A stretch of 64,000 nt of DNA from Eubacteriales bacterium (lineage in GTDB: Bacteria; Bacillota; Clostridia; Oscillospirales; CAG-272). The stretch spans positions 95 through 64,094 of the forward strand of contig JAZMZX010000128.1 of assembly GCA_045586225.1 (NCBI GenBank). Reading direction: 5' to 3'. The translations under genes were made by a program, and so were the position numbers. A model generated the notes under the pieces. The model searched no databases. It was not told the DNA's origin and worked only from the letters and a program-made list of their open reading frames with translations. This document shows positions 63,171-64,000 of this stretch, piece after piece (position 1 is the stretch's first letter; each line of letters begins with the position of its first letter).

Positions 63171-63661
63171 TGGCTACGGTAATCGTAATAGAGATCGAAG
63201 ACTCCCTGCGCCTCCGACGTTTCGACGGGGATTACGGCTTTGCCTTTGAGTGGTATCAAGACCCCGAAACTGTCCTTCTCGTTGACGGCGTTGCAGAGCC
63301 CTATTCATACGAGACCCTGACGAATATGTATAACTACCTCAACAGCAAAGGCGAGCTTTACTTCATCGAAGTCAATGAAAACGGTGAATGGAAGCCCATC
63401 GGCGACGTCACCTTTTGGCAAAAGGATATGCCCATCGTGATCGGCGACCGTGAATACCGCGGAAAAGGCATCGGCAAAAAGGTCGTGGGTGCCCTTGTGG
63501 AGCGCGGACGGGCAATGGGGTACGATAAGCTGTACGTTGGCGAGATCTACGATTTCAACGTGGGCTCGCAAAAATGCTTTGAGAGCGTTGGCTTTCGGAG
63601 CTATGAAAAAACAGAGAAAGGCTCCCGATACGTTCTGGAGCTGAAACGCGATAAAAATTGA
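63167..63661 (+). CDS. GNAT family N-acetyltransferase
   Basis: Acetyl-CoA motif YRGKGIGKKVVGALVERGRAMG and FESVGFR. ATGA overlap with the upstream gene. Confidence 0.75.
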   Translation: MMATVIVIEIEDSLRLRRFDGDYGFAFEWYQDPETVLLVDGVAEPYSYETLTNMYNYLNSKGELYFIEVNENGEWKPIGDVTFWQKDMPIVIGDREYRGKGIGKKVVGALVERGRAMGYDKLYVGEIYDFNVGSQKCFESVGFRSYEKTEKGSRYVLELKRDKN

Positions 63662-63669
63662 AAATACCT

Positions 63670-64000
63670 ATGGAAGAAAAAAAGAAAACAGAAGAAAGCG
63701 TTATACATGCCGTCCTTGAATTATACGGCTTGGACACAGCTTTCAGCGAACAAAAGGAATACATAAGCTATAACGGTGAGTACGGAGACGGTCTTATAAA
63801 GATCATTCTGTCCGTTCTTCCCGAAAGCGGGAGGCGTGTCGTTATAAAGATCCTGCACGAAGGGGACGATCTACTCAAAGACCGTGCCAAGATCGAAAAA
63901 CAAAGTGCATTCTCGGAATTTATGCGTCAAAGCGGTATCAAAACTCCGATGCGATACATGGCAAAGGGGAGATACTGCAACGAATACGTCTATAACGGAA
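63670..64000 (+). CDS. Phosphotransferase (APH/choline-kinase-like) family protein, N-terminal fragment running off the window
   Basis: Open frame from ATG 63670 to the window end, by my own translation: MEEKKKTEESVIHAVLELYGL...RRVVIKILHEG... A Lys in a VIK context is typical of the kinase-fold N-lobe. Confidence 0.4.
   Translation, partial: MEEKKKTEESVIHAVLELYGLDTAFSEQKEYISYNGEYGDGLIKIILSVLPESGRRVVIKILHEGDDLLKDRAKIEKQSAFSEFMRQSGIKTPMRYMAKGRYCNEYVYNG

Noticed and set aside
63167-63661. The GNAT gene, considered as the toxin of a GNAT/RHH toxin-antitoxin pair.
   Set aside because: The upstream overlapping gene shows no ribbon-helix-helix or DUF1778 pattern, and the GNAT looks like an ordinary small-molecule acetyltransferase.
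1-64000. Searched intergenic regions for tRNA/rRNA genes, CRISPR arrays, IS elements, integrases, phage genes and known defence-system hallmarks.
   Set aside because: No intergenic gap exceeds ~280 nt. None contains cloverleaf-like or repeat-spacer structure, and no transposase, recombinase, nuclease or NTPase signatures were seen in any frame I inspected.

Overview
This 64-kb chromosomal segment looks like a moderately GC-rich, spore-forming Clostridia-type Firmicute. That placement is an inference from spoVAC, the gene content and sigma-A-type promoters. About 60 protein-coding genes are supportable. I saw no rRNA, tRNA, CRISPR array, transposase, integrase or phage gene. The housekeeping backbone comprises pfkA, trmB, nrdR, rpsO-pnp, ftsK, mltG, recG, an L-serine dehydratase and an NfeD-SPFH pair. 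There are six accessory blocks. (i) At 5.8-10.1 kb lies an internally duplicated cassette of eight small membrane-protein genes: three DUF2500-like, four polytopic paralogues and an untracked 49-aa DUF4177-like ORF. It sits directly downstream of NfeD-SPFH and is my best candidate for an undescribed system. (ii) At 11.8-18.8 kb lie cell-wall enzymes, including a beta-lactamase-fold/(PEPETTK)12/NlpC-P60 fusion and an M23 protein with a degenerate zinc site. (iii) At 31.3-40.7 kb lies a four-gene glycan-degrading operon (GH2, a 1051-aa unknown, GH43, a secreted HExxH protein) behind a 14-bp-arm palindrome that overlaps its -10. (iv) At 40.7-47.5 kb lies a surface-glycopolymer operon (two ligase/polymerase-like paralogues, GT2, flippase, TagF-like, TagD) driven by a perfect consensus promoter. 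(v) At 48.4-51.4 kb lies a ~1000-aa doubly anchored orphan protein. (vi) A ~180-nt leader with an anti-SD element precedes a CNNM/CorC transporter. In addition, the first ~155 nt are an AT-rich ProC-like fragment fused in frame to a pfkA that lacks its own start codon. Many long ORFs in the supplied track are antisense shadows of GC3-rich genes and were not called. All family names come from motif recognition by eye, not from database searches.
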